From NCBI GenBank assembly GCA_963514005.1, contig OY740800.1, positions 41,168,001-41,232,000 of the forward strand: a stretch of 64,000 nucleotides of DNA, in the 5' to 3' direction. Origin of the DNA: Raja brachyura. Lineage: Eukaryota. Numbering within the stretch: the first letter of the stretch is position 1; each line of letters opens with the position of its first letter. The notes under the pieces are model-generated. The model did not search any database. It saw only the letters and a list, made by a program, of their open reading frames with translations, and was not told the origin of the DNA. This document shows positions 24,968-36,635 of this stretch, piece by piece. A program made the position numbers and the translations under genes.

Positions 24968-25346
24968 GTGAGGATTCACTTTCACGTTATTGAAATGCTT
25001 TAATTATTATTAAATGCCGAGATCTATTAAATATTAAGATTCAAGATCCTTTGTATCAAAAAGTTTGTGCCCAATTTACACAGAGCTCTTTGCGAATTAG
25101 GAAACAACTATTCACTTAATATTTTGGTCTTTCGTGCTATTGGGTTACCAGATTATTGCCAGACAACTTTCTTTTGACTTGAATTTGTCTGAAAGTTGAT
25201 GGATATGGACAGTTGGTCAATGGTAAGTTTATATATATATATATATATATATCGGGATTTGATATTGTAGTGGCAAGATTTATCTTGTAAACTGCAAATT
25301 GGCCTACAGTAATTGTGGAGACACAAGGAACTGCAGGAGCCCTGCC

Positions 25347-25990
25347 CAAGTCAAGTCAAGTTTATTCGTCACATACACATACGAGATATGCAGTGAAATG
25401 AAAAGTGGCCGTGCTTGCGAATTGTGCAAAAAAACTACAAAACAGAATGGAACAGAATCACATATTCACATATTACATATTTGTGGGAGAAAAAAAACCC
25501 CCCAGCAATTTTAAAAAGACACCACACAACAGTAGAATGGTCTAGTAGAGTTGGTCCCTGGTGAGATTGGAGTTTACAGTCATAATGGCCTCTGGGCAGA
25601 AATTCCTTCTCATCGTCTCCGTTCTCACAGCGTGGCAACGGAGGTGTTTGCCTGACCGTAGCAGCTGGAACAGTCCGTTGCAGGGGTGGAAGGGGTCTCC
25701 CATTATCTTATTGGCTCTGGAGTTGCACCTTCTGATATATAGTTCCTGCAGGGGGGCGAGTGAAGTTCCCACAGTGCGTTCGGCCGAACGCACTACTCTC
25801 TGCAGGGCCTTCTTGTCCTGGGCAGAGCAATTCCCAAACCAAATGGTGATATTTCCAGACAAGATGCTTTCCACAGCCGCTGTGTAGAAGCACTGGGGGA
25901 TTCTCAGAGACATTCTGAATTTCCTCAATTGCCTGAGGTGGTAAAGGCGCTGCCTTGCCTTACTCACCATTGGTGCAGCGTGTGATGTCC
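25347..25990 (-). mobile_element. Rex1/Babar-like LINE 3' fragment
   Basis: KARQRLYHLRQLRKF...FYTAAVESILSGNITIWFGNCSAQDKKALQRVVRSAE...DPFHP...LRSG, a typical post-RT C-terminus. Tail aataaa(cttga)n on the minus strand. Confidence 0.85.
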
Positions 25991-26391
25991 ATGTTCTCCA
26001 GAGAGGCTGCCTGACCAGTTGAGCTTGCTTGATCTTGTACACAATGAGAATCGAGGGATGTGGAGATGGGGCAGACGGTTGGAACTGAGTAGAAGGTCAA
26101 CCATGTTCTTAGGGTCAAGGAGTGATGGAAACAGGCCTTTCGGCCCAACTTGCCCACAACGACCAACATGTCCCATCTACACTAGTCCTACTTGCCTGCA
26201 CTTGGCGCATATCCCTCTAAACCTGTCCCATCCATGTACCTATCTAATTCCTTCTTAAATGTTGTGATAGTCCCTGCCTCTTATTGAACAACAGAGTGAG
26301 GAGGGGACATGGAACGACCTGCGTTCTTCTTTAAACCACATACTCCAGTGATGCTGCCGGACCTGCTGAATTACTCCAGCACCTTGTGATG

Positions 26392-26514
26392 CTTCTTCTT
26401 GCGAATGAATGAAGACATTGGCGCAGAGACAACAACCTGGCTGCTCGACACCCGGCTTGAGATCTAACTAATCCTCTGGTTTATTTATGTTTCACTCGCA
26501 AGAAGAAGAAGAAG
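26392..26514 (+). mobile_element. 3' end fragment of a (GAA)n-tailed LINE (possibly Vingi/Ingi-like) with an inverted copy of its tail at the 5' side
   Basis: Begins cttcttcttgcgaatgaa and ends ttcactcgcaagaagaagaagaag (near reverse complements). The internal frame AETTTWLLDTRLEI* looks like an ORF C-terminus. Confidence 0.5.
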
Positions 26515-27254
26515 CAGCAGCTGTTAATACTAGTGCCCCGCCTCAGATTCTTCCACTCAGTGACCGTTATTTGAGGGGGCGGGTGATATTTAATGGCTGC
26601 TGATTTTAGAACATAGAACAGTACAGCACAGGAACAGACCCTTCGGCCCACAATGCTTGTGGCGAACACGAGGCCAAGTTAAACTGATCTCATCTGCCTC
26701 TACATGACCCAGATCCCTCTATTCCTGCCCCCATCTAAAGGCCTCTGAAACACCACTGTCACATCTGCCTCCACCATCACCCCTGGCAACGCTTTACAGG
26801 GCTCTGCCACTCTGTGTAAAAAACTTCCCCCACACATCTCCATTAAAGTTTAAACCTTCTGCCTCTCTCCTTATGTTGGACAATGCTAGCCTGGGGTAAA
26901 GGCTCTGACTGTCTACCCTATCTATGCCTCTTATCATTTTATATACGTCTATTGTCTCCATTCAATCTCCGATGTTCCAGAGAAAAGTTTATCCAATCCA
27001 ACGTTCCTTGATCATCGTTGCTGCCTTTGATTTGTCCCTTTTGCATATCTTTCATTCATTTGCTCATTGCACCTCTTCATATCTCCAGTTTCTCTCTCCC
27101 CTGACTCTCAGTCTGAAGAAGGGTCTCGACCGGAAACGTCACCCATTCCTTTTCTCCAGAGATGCTGCCTGGCCCGCTGAGTTACTCCAGTACTTTGTGT
27201 CTGTCCACGTTTGCCCAAGCTCTGCTGGTAGCTGACCCTCGAATCCAGGCGCAA

Positions 27255-27750
27255 GAAATTGCAGCGAATAGTAGACGCAGCCCAGACCATCACACAAACC
27301 GACCTCCCTTTCATTTATACCGACTCCATTTATACCTCACGGTGCCACGGCAAGGCCAGCAGAATAATCAAGGACAAGTCACACCCTGGCCACTCCCTCT
27401 TCTCCCCACTGCCATCTGGCAAGGGGTATAGAAGTGCGAAAACGCCCACCTCTAGATTCAGGGCCAGTTTCTTCCCTGCTGTTATCAGACAACAGAACCA
27501 TCCATCCTTCCACAACCAAAGATCAGTCCTGAATTACTATCTACCTCATCAGGGACCCTTGGACTATCTCTGATTGGACTTTACTGGCTCTACCTTGCAC
27601 CAAACGTTGTTCCCTGATCATGTACCTGTACACTGTGGACGTCTCGATTGTGATCATGTATTGTCTTTCCGCTGGCTGGTTAGCACGCAACAAAAGCTTT
27701 TCACTGTACCTCGTGACCATAAACTAAACTGAAACTAAACTAAACTGAAC
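27255..27750 (+). mobile_element. Rex1/L2-group LINE 3' fragment with common 3' UTR
   Basis: LQRIVDAAQTIT...IIKDKSHPGHSLFSPLPSGKGYRS...SFFPAVIR, then a 3' UTR ending (taaac)n. The same UTR recurs at ~4165-4380, 21755-21900, 30240-30845 and 55510-55720. Confidence 0.8.
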
Positions 27751-28439
27751 ATTCTGGTAAACCACCTCTTTGTTTGTTAATCTAGTGGGAAGCAGTAAAC
27801 TGCTCCCGTAACTAAATCACTCCCTCAGTTGGAGATTCAGCCTGGAGAGTATTGAATCAAACCAGACTAAATAGATCTGCCTGAGAGTCTTGAGATCGTT
27901 TCTATGGTCTGCACTGTAGTGAACATTCACATGATTTGATTATTGGTCAATATTGCTCTGCACAATGTCCACTGTCCCAAATGTTGTAATGAAATCCATG
28001 GCCTTTACAGTGATTTGCTGGTGTTGATTAGCATTCACTTGTCACTTTGCCCCTTTCAGACATTTCTTCAATAGTTAAGTCAATAAAGGATTAGACAAAC
28101 CTTGCCTTTCTGTCCCTGGCCTCCTCCATGGCCAGAGTGAGTCCCACCACAAATTGGAGGAGCAGCACCTCATATTTCACTATACCCCAGCGGTATGAAT
28201 ATTGGACTCCAATTTCAGGTAGTCCTTGCTTTCTCTCTCCTTCCCCTCCCCTTCTCACCTCTCCCACTCAGCCCCTTCCTTTCTTCTTCCCGCCCCCCCC
28301 CCCCCCCCCACATCAGTCTGAGTAAGGGTCTCGACCCAATACGTCACCTATCCCTTCGCTCCATTGATGCTGCCTCACCCGCTGAGTTTCTCCAGCATTT
28401 TTGTCTGCCTTGCCTTCCAACAAGTTCAGTTCTGCTGTG

Positions 28440-28600
28440 TGATTTCTTAATCTCCCCGATACATTAAAAAAAACAAAATAATTTGAAAATATTGAACTGA
28501 CCAAGGTGGATATTGTCTTTTTAACTGCCATAACCTGACTCAGATCCACATATGATCGCATCTGACAGTAGGAGTCATTCTGTTCTGCAAGAGTTCCAAT
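28440..28600 (+). repeat. Local direct duplication, copy 1 (copy 2 at ~29275-29447)
   Basis: gatttcttaatctcccc.atacattaaaaaaa...tttgaaaatattgaactgaccaaggtggatattgtc...ctgcaagagt is present twice. Confidence 0.9.
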
Positions 28601-29810
28601 GGCGCTTTATTGTCAAATATGAGTACAGGCGCGCAGTGGAATTATTTTCTTCAGTCCAGTGGAGTATTGCCATACCATCCTCGATCAGCAATTGTCCAGA
28701 AATAGCCCATTGATCCCGCGTGCAAGAGGCGAAAAGATTCGGCGTAATTTTCCAAAATCCAGTCCATCCTCTGGTTGTTAAGAGCGGTGCCCGATCCAGG
28801 CGAGGCCCAGGCTCCTGCAGGGCCTCCAGCCATCGTCTCTCCTTGGTCGATCACCAAACTCGCGTCCCTCTCCTCGCCCGTCCACCTTTTATGCCCCAAG
28901 GGGTGGGAGCCTCCTGCGGGCGTGCTTGAGGCCACGGTGGGCCAGACCCCGGTTCCCTCTCCTCTCCCACCAGCCCCACTCCCCGCCTGTCACGTCCGTC
29001 ATCATCGCCAGCTCCTTCCTCCCACTCACTGGCCTTCGGGGAAAGAGCAGTGGCGGCTCGGCCAGCTACGCCTGCCAGGTGGAATTCTCTGCCGCAGGAG
29101 GCAGTGGAGGCCAATTCACTGGATGTTTACTAGAGAGAGTTAGAAGGTTTAGCTCTCAGGGCCAAAGAAATCAAGGGATATGTGGAAAAAGCAGGAACGA
29201 AGTACTGATTCTGGATGATCAGCCATGAATGGTGGTGCTGGCTGGAAGGGCCAAATGGCCTACTACTGCACCTATGATTTCTTAATCTCCCCAATACATT
29301 AAAAAAAAAAGATATTTAAACAAAACACTTTGAAAATATTGAACTGACCAAGGTGGATATTGTCTTTTGAACTGCCATAACCTGACTCAGATCGACATAT
29401 GATCGCATCTGACAGCAGGAGTCATTCTGTTCTGCAAGAGTGCCAATGTTTCTAAGTGACGGTGCAGGTGGTATTTAGAAAGAGAACGGATATTTTATGC
29501 CAATTGTCCTTCAGACTAGATCAGTTTCCACATGTTGTCCACTTGCCTTTCCAAACCCTGTGGGATCCCTTTGGATGGCTCCAGGCTTCTCCTGAAAGAA
29601 CCATCCTGAGCAGGAGATGCCTATGGTGCCCGGCTACTTCCTGCCAGCAGTGTTGACCTCTTGTCTTTCCTTCATACCCATATTTGGAAATATGTGTCAA
29701 TCCCTCTCCGTCATTTTCAGTCTGCTTCTTGAACAAAAACACAGAAGTAGTGAAAGCGCACACCTCCAGATTCTGGGACAGTTTCTTCCCAGGCAACTGA
29801 ACCATTTTAT

Positions 29811-29860
29811 GAAGTTGTCCTACAACTTTAGGCTGTGCACGCCACACGAAAGAAGAAGAA
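29811..29860 (+). mobile_element. 5'-truncated copy of the (GAA)n-tailed retroposon
   Basis: gttgtcctacaactttaggctgtgcacgccacacgaaagaagaagaa, flanked by the direct repeat (ga)accattttat at 29799-29810 and 29858-29869. Confidence 0.8.
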
Positions 29861-29884
29861 CCATTTTATCACCAACCTATAAAA

Positions 29885-30235
29885 GAACTGGACAAGCTAG
29901 ATGCAGGAAAAATGTTCCCAATGTTGGGCGAGTCCAGAATCAGGGGCCACAGACGTAGAATAAAGGGGAGGTCATTTAAGACTGAGGTGAGAGAAAAAAA
30001 TCACCCAGAGAGTTGTGAATTTATGGAATTCCCTGCCACAGAGGGCAGTGGAGGCCAAATCACTGGATGGATTTAAGAGAGAGTTAGATAGAGCTCTAGG
30101 GGCTAGTGGAGTCAAGGGATATGGGGAGAAGGCAGGCACGGGTTATTGATAGGGGACGGTCAGCCATGATCACAATGAATGGTGGTGCTGGCTCGAAGGG
30201 CCGAATGGCCTCGCCCTGCACCTATTTTCCATGTA
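29885..30235 (+). mobile_element. CR1-type LINE 3' fragment
   Basis: Same 3' end architecture, including the ggctcgaagggccgaatggcct stem-loop. Confidence 0.85.
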
Positions 30236-30364
30236 ACAAGAGAGTGGTCCTGACCTACCATCTACCTCATTGGAGATCCTCAGACTATCTTTAATTGGAC
30301 TATCTTTCACTAAGCATTATTGCCTTAATCCTGCATCTGTGCACTGTGGACGGCTCGATCCAAC

Positions 30365-30491
30365 TTCAAGTTCAAGTGAGTTTATTGTCATGTGTCCCAG
30401 ATAGGACAATGTAATTCTTGCTTTACTTCAGCACTGAATATTGTAGGCATAAATAAATATAGAACAGATCAGTGTGTCCATGTACCATTGA

Positions 30492-30522
<31 letters not shown>

Positions 30523-30760
30523 TAAATAAGCATATAAAGTGCAATGGGCTATTAAAGTTCAGGTTTTTGTTTGAGTTGAGTTTAATAGACTGGCTGTGGG
30601 GAAGAAGCTGTTCCTGAACCTGTATGTTGCAGTCTTCAGGCTCCTGTACCTTCTACCTGAACACAGCGGGGAGATGAGTGTGTGGCCAGGATGGTGTGGG
30701 TCCTTGATGATGCTGCCAGCCTTTTTGAGGCAGTGACTGTAGTAGATCCCCTCGATGGTA
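30365..30760 (-). mobile_element. Rex1/L2-group LINE 3' fragment nested in another LINE 3' UTR
   Basis: LPTIEGIYYSHCLKKAGSIIKDPHHPGHTLISPLCSGRRYRSLKTATYRFRNSFFP. Confidence 0.8.
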
Positions 30761-31852
30761 GGGAGGTACAGTCTTATTCGCTGACTGGATAGCACGCAAC
30801 AAAAAAGCTTTTCACTGTACACGTGACAATAAACTAAACCGAACTATAGTTGCAAGCTTTGCACAATTAGTTCCAAAGTATAATTGATCGCAACGGAATT
30901 GAAATAAATGTAAAGATAAGATTTATCTTGTATAAGCACATTACATTTGAGCTGGAAATTGGTCTAGATGTAATGTAAACTGTGAATTTTTATATCCTTG
31001 CTATAGCTAGATAAATACATTGGGAATAGCTGTACTGTGTATACTCTGTACAGAAACACTGTTTGCATTACCTCCAGCTAGCACAAGCTCCACACACACT
31101 ACCATAAATCTGTCTTCTGTAACATCCTCCAAGTCCCTACTCTTGCATGGAATTCCAATGTACATTTTCATCAAGTGACGACCTCACTTGTCACAATCTA
31201 CATATTTGGGATTGGAAATAAACTCAATTTCCTCAATCCTCAGCCCTCGAACTGACAGTTCAAGACAATAGACAATAGGTTCAGGAGTAGGCCATTCGGC
31301 CCTTCGAGCCAGCACCGCCATTCAACGTGATCATGGCTGATCATCCACAATCCCCCAAAACAATCCCAATTCATGACACTAGTTTAATACGATTGAAGCC
31401 AAGCCGAATGGTGGATTTGCAGGCATTGCAAATTAGAAGCAAAAGTAGGCCACTCGGCCCATCGAGTCATTGCTGGCATGCGTGGCTGATCTAATTGTCT
31501 ACCTTTAGTTTGGTTTAGAGATGCAGCACGTAAATCGACCCTTCAGCCCACCGAGTCAACGCCAACCAGCAATCCCCGCATACTAACCCTATCCTACACA
31601 CACTAGGGACAATTTGCATCGTTAGAAAGCCAATGAACTGCAACCCTATACGACTCTGCAGTGTTGGAGGAAACCGAAGATCTCAGGGAAAACCTATGCG
31701 GTCTGGACTCTGCCGTACCGCCCACCTGCAGCAGATTTTCACCCCCTTTGATTAGCAAGGACCTACCTACATCCGCAGAACAATCTCCACCTCTGCAAAT
31801 ACTCAAGACTCTGCTTTCACCATCCTTTGAAGAAGCAGATTTCAAAGACTTA

Positions 31853-32426
31853 AGGGCCTTTCCCACCAGCATGCAACTCCATGCAATGAGCGCGACCTAA
31901 CGTGGTCGCTTGAGCCGTCCGGCGTCGTGGGGCCGGTCCCACTTCGATCGCCGGAGCCGTGCGGAATTGTGCGGAGTTCGTCCCGACATCGCGCGGGGCT
32001 CCGAAAAACTATGTTCAAAAATTCCGCGCGGCAACGGCTTGTCGGCTCGCAGTCGCCTCGACGCATTACACACCGTCTCGACGTCGTGCCTCCGTGACCC
32101 TCTCTGTAGGTGCCTCCGTGACCCTCTAAGTGTGTGGCTCCGTGGCCCTCTGTGTGTGTGTCTCTGTGCCCCTCTCTGTGTGCCCCTCTCTGTCCTGGCG
32201 AACTTACCTTTAAGACTTTGTTCCAAGTTCGCCTCACTTTGCGCCGCGTTGCGCCACTTACCCGATCTCCGCGCGGCCCTCTCTGCCGGTTTGGTCGCGC
32301 TCGCCACATGCAGGCGCATGCTGTTGGGAACGGCCCTGTACAGGGATCACCCGACCTCCGCTCGGCCCCCGCTTCTAGTTTGATCGCGCTCACCGCATGG
32401 AGTCGGATGCTGGTAGGACAGGCCCT
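31853..32426. mobile_element. PIF/Harbinger-type MITE, full length, TTA TSD
   Basis: tta|agggcctttcccaccagcat...atgctggtaggacaggccct|tta. Same family as the copies at 53318-53757 and 58158-58347. Confidence 0.88.
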
Positions 32427-32693
32427 TTAGGATTCTGAGAGAAAAATTTGCCCTATTTCTGCCATTTTTTAGTGAGCTAGTTCCAGATCCTCCCACAATA
32501 GGCAGCATCCTCTCCCTACCAAGCCCTGTCTGTACCTTACTTGCAGTCCTTTCATAAGCTAGTGTACTGTCCGATTCATCTCTATTGCAGACTCACCAAT
32601 TGCAGATATTGGACATAGTCTATGGAACTGGTGCACTATGATGCTGAGAACTATATTCTGCGCTCTGTATCTTTCCCTTTGCCGTCCCCATCA

Positions 32694-33000
32694 GCGGCAC
32701 GGTGATGCAGCGGTAGAGTTGCTGCCTCACAGTGCAGGAGACCCGGGTTCGATCCTGACCAAGGGTGCTGTCTGTACGGAGTTTGTGCGTTCCCCCTGTG
32801 ACCTGCGTGGATTTTCTCCAGGAGCTCCGGTTTCCTCCCACACTCCAAAGACGTACAGGTTTGTAGGTTAATTGGATTGGTAAAATTGTAAGTTGTCCCT
32901 AGTATGTGTAGGATAGCGTTAGTGTGCAGGGATGGCTGGTCGGCACGGATTTGGTAGGCTGAGGGGCCTGTTTCCACGCTGTACCTCTAATCTAAACTAA
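32694..33000 (+). mobile_element. HE1 SINE, full length
   Basis: A/B boxes, V core and tail. Confidence 0.92.
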
Positions 33001-34621
33001 CCTATCGTACTTGAGTTTTGACTGGATGGTATTACCTGATCTGATTCAACGCCATGCAAAAGGAAGCCTTGCCCGCTACTTTGGCACACATGGCAGTATC
33101 TATCTTCGGTATAAACCAGCGATCTGCAGTCCCTTTCTTTAGAGACACATCACGGAACCGTTCGCCCACCGAGTCCGCACTGACCAGCGATCCAAGCACG
33201 TTAACGCTATCCCACCCACACTTGGGACAATTTACACGTACACCAAGCCAACGGGTGTCAGGGGATATGGGGAGAAGGCAGGAGAATGGGGTTAGGAGGA
33301 AGAGATAGATCAGCCATGATGGAAAGGTAGAGTGGATCTGATGGGCTGAATGGCCTAATTCTGCTCCTATCACTTATGATCTTGTGAACACACATGTTGA
33401 CACTCGGAAACTCTTAGAAAAGGATTGAGCTGATTGTGCAGGAGAGTTTGGGGAAATTAACACTGGTATTTGCAGGCTCTTCATTTCTGCTTTATTGTCA
33501 TTTGGAGAGCACTTTGTTCCACTGAAAATGCTCAACTGTTGTAGAGTTCCCATGTTGAGATTTACTTGGTGCTGGAACAGACTCATTAGATCTGCATGAA
33601 TGGCAGAGCGGTATTCTGTTTCTTGTGAAGGAACTGTTTGTTCTTGGCGTTTGGCAATGCTGATCTGGCCAATGTGTATTAAATAAACATTTGACAAATT
33701 AAATAAGGTTCTGGTGCTCAGTATTAGCTTTGAACCTCTGCCATTGAATCATTAACCTGCTAAACTGTGGGGGGGAAAAAAACCAACTTGTTCTTGTTTA
33801 GAAGAAGGGAAACAGCTGATCAAACTGCAGTCGTTCCTTAAAGCCATCACTGCCATTTGTCACCTCTGAGTGTTCTCATCTCATGTCTAACCGTCCGAAG
33901 AAGTGCCTCGACCCGAAACGTCACCCGTTCCTTCTTTCCAGAGATGCTGCCTGTCCCGCTGAGTTACTCCAGCATTTTGTGTCTCTTGTCATCTCTGACT
34001 CAGGACAATGAGGCTTTGCTTCAGCGAGAAGTTACCCATCCTGCCCTCATCAAAAGCAGAGTATCCAAGATATCTTGGCATCCAATCGAGAGGGGTCACT
34101 TGCTCCAATTTTGGTTAGATTTAATTGAAACGCGACCAGCCTGTGTAGTTTAAACATTCATGACTTCAAGACAAGTCAAGAGACTTTATTGTCATGTGTC
34201 CCTGATAGGACAATGAAATTCCTGCTTTGCTTCAGCACAACAGAACATAGTAGGCATTGACTACAAAACAGATCAGTGTGTCCATATACCATTATGTACG
34301 TAAATACACACATGAATAAATAAACTAACTTGGCCACATTGGTCTAAAATCTGATCTGGTGCAAGAAGTCATTTTGGAATTTGCTTGAATTTAACTCAGA
34401 ATGAAGCCCCACCAATATTTGCACTTTGTGTCCGTTCTGTTAGTTTGTGCCAAAATGTTGCTAGCTGGAGAGCAACTCACTGTATCTGAGAGGGCTGGCA
34501 TTTACCCTCCGCCCCCATTTTTTTCCATGTACATCCATGTACATCCAGTTCTATAACTATCTACCACACCCCCGTTCTTAGAAATGGTCTTGTGGTTACA
34601 TCTTTCAAGAGCAGTTACAAT

Positions 34622-35050
34622 CAAAGATTATAGAGGAGCAAGATGTGCCACTCAGTGGAAAAGGCGTAGTATCACGTGTGTGATTGTCGACGCCATATTA
34701 GCGGACAATGAGATGGCGTCGACTATGGCATCTACTGGGAAACTGGGCTTCTCTATGATCTTTGTCTCTTGATCTGCCGCTGTGTAATCCGTTCCAAAGC
34801 TACAGAGCAGTTGCAAGGGGATAGAGAGGGATCGAGAGGTAAGTAAAGATCTATTACAAATAAATCTAATAACTTTCTAATGCATCTTGCTCCTCTATAA
34901 TCTTTGCTTGCAACTGCTCTGTAGCTTTGGAGCGGATTACACATGGGGAGGCAGTCCGCCAAAATGGCGGCCGTGACGTTCCGTTACGTACTACACACCA
35001 GTCCATTGGATTTCCACTGAGTGGCGCATCTTGCTCCTCTATAATCTTTG
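34622..35050. mobile_element. hAT-type MITE with 8-bp TSD
   Basis: TIRs of ~40 bp: caaagattatagaggagcaagatgtgccactcagtggaaa / tttccactgagtggcgcatcttgctcctctataatctttg. TSD gttacaat at 34614-34621 and 35051-35058. Confidence 0.9.
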
Positions 35051-35119
35051 GTTACAATGGTGGTAAATTTCCTTACCATCTAATGTTAACTTTGCCAACT
35101 GGCTCGCTCGTATAAGACT

Positions 35120-35595
35120 TCAGACTACAGATACAGCATGGAACCAGGCCCTTCGGCCCACCGAGTCCGCGCCAACCAGCGGCCACCCACTACAATAGTA
35201 TTATCCTACATACTAGGGACAAGTTTCAATTTTTACCAAGCCAATTAACCTACAAACCTGTTTGCCTTTGGAGTGTGGAAGGAAACCGGATCATCTAGAG
35301 AAAACCCACAAGGTCACACAAGGAACATACAAACTCCGTACAGACAGCACCCGTAGTTGGGATCGAACCCAGGTCTCTTGGCGCTGTAAGGCAGCAACTC
35401 TACCGCTGTGACCATTTGGGTTTTCTCCGGGTGCTGGCGGTTTCCTCCCACAGGTTTGTAGGTTAATTTAGTTTCCGGTAAATAAATTGTAAATTGTCCC
35501 TAGTGCGTCCTAGTCCCTAGGATCGGCTAGTATACGCGGTGCAGACTCGGTGGGCCGAAGGGCTTGTTTCCACACTGTATCGCTAAAGTCTAAAT
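35120..35595. mobile_element. Adjacent inverted HE1 SINE pair (minus copy, then partial plus copy)
   Basis: Minus copy ~35120-35413 and plus 3' half ~35417-35595. Confidence 0.85.
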
Positions 35596-35869
35596 GCAAA
35601 TGAAATGCCATTCTGTGCACTGAATACCTAATGGAACACGATTCATCAACTGATTGCTGTTGTAACATTTATACTTCATCTGGGTCGATTACTAATATAA
35701 TTGCAGGACTACATTTTTGCGGTAAAGGACTGGAATTTAAACATTCACCTTGCATGTTAATTTTTGGATTTCCCAAATTGTTTTTAAAGCAATTGAATAT
35801 CTCTGCGACTAGTTTCACTATTATCAATATTATTAATTGCATGCCTTGTTGTCACCATTCTACATTTCC

Positions 35870-36252
35870 CTAATAATTGTCCCCTTTGATCTGTGTTTTC
35901 ACACCTTGCCCTTCCATATCTCTAAGTCTCCCTCTTCCCTGACTCTCAAACTGAAAAATGGTCTCGACCCAAAGCATCACCCATTCCTTCTCTCCAGAAA
36001 TGCTGCCTGTCCCGTTCAGTTAATCCAGCATTTTGTGTCAAATCTTCAAAGTATTTCTAAAGTGTAACACAAAAAGCTGGAGTAACTCAGGGGTCAGATA
36101 GCATCTTCTTCAGACTTCTTCTGTCTGATCCTGTCAATCTGAAGAAGGGTCTCGACCCGAAATGTCACCCATTCCTTTTCCCCAGAGATGCTGCAGAGTT
36201 ACTCCAGCTTTAAGTGTCTATCTTTGGTTGAAACCAGCATCTGCAGTTCCTG
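35870..36252. mobile_element. Cluster of tandem and inverted Penelope-type terminal repeats
   Basis: Three partial copies in +, -, + orientation. Hammerhead-like core at 36139-36166. Confidence 0.65.
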
Positions 36253-36635
36253 CATATTTTGAAGTATACTTGGTTTTGGATAGCAGCTAATCTTCACATG
36301 GGAAGACTCCACACACAACAACGTGATTGTGACATGATCCACTGTTTTTGTGACGTTGAGCTTGGGATATATATTGACGGACACTGCGATCGAGTCCGAT
36401 CCTCGTAGTCAAGTAATGCCTTGGGAACTTTTACATTTACCTAACCGAACATGAGGTTGTAACATCTCATCGAAGGACACATAACGTGTATCTATTTCCG
36501 TCAGTTTACTGGGGTCTCATTCATTAAATGGTAATCAGCTGACCCTTGTCCAAACTGTTCTATAATCCCATGATAATGACAAATGACAGTGTGGTGCATG
36601 CGTCACAAGAAGTGAGCGGGCAAGTGCAACAGGTA

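Noticed and set aside
28050-28082. Acceptor-like ccctttcag|ACATTTCTTCAATAG as an orthologue of the human long-isoform exon
   Set aside because: Stops follow within a few codons, there is no convincing donor, and the similarity is too weak.
31842-32430. Several 100-180 aa ORFs here and at 53155-53938
   Set aside because: They lie within GC-rich non-autonomous MITEs and have no transposase motifs.
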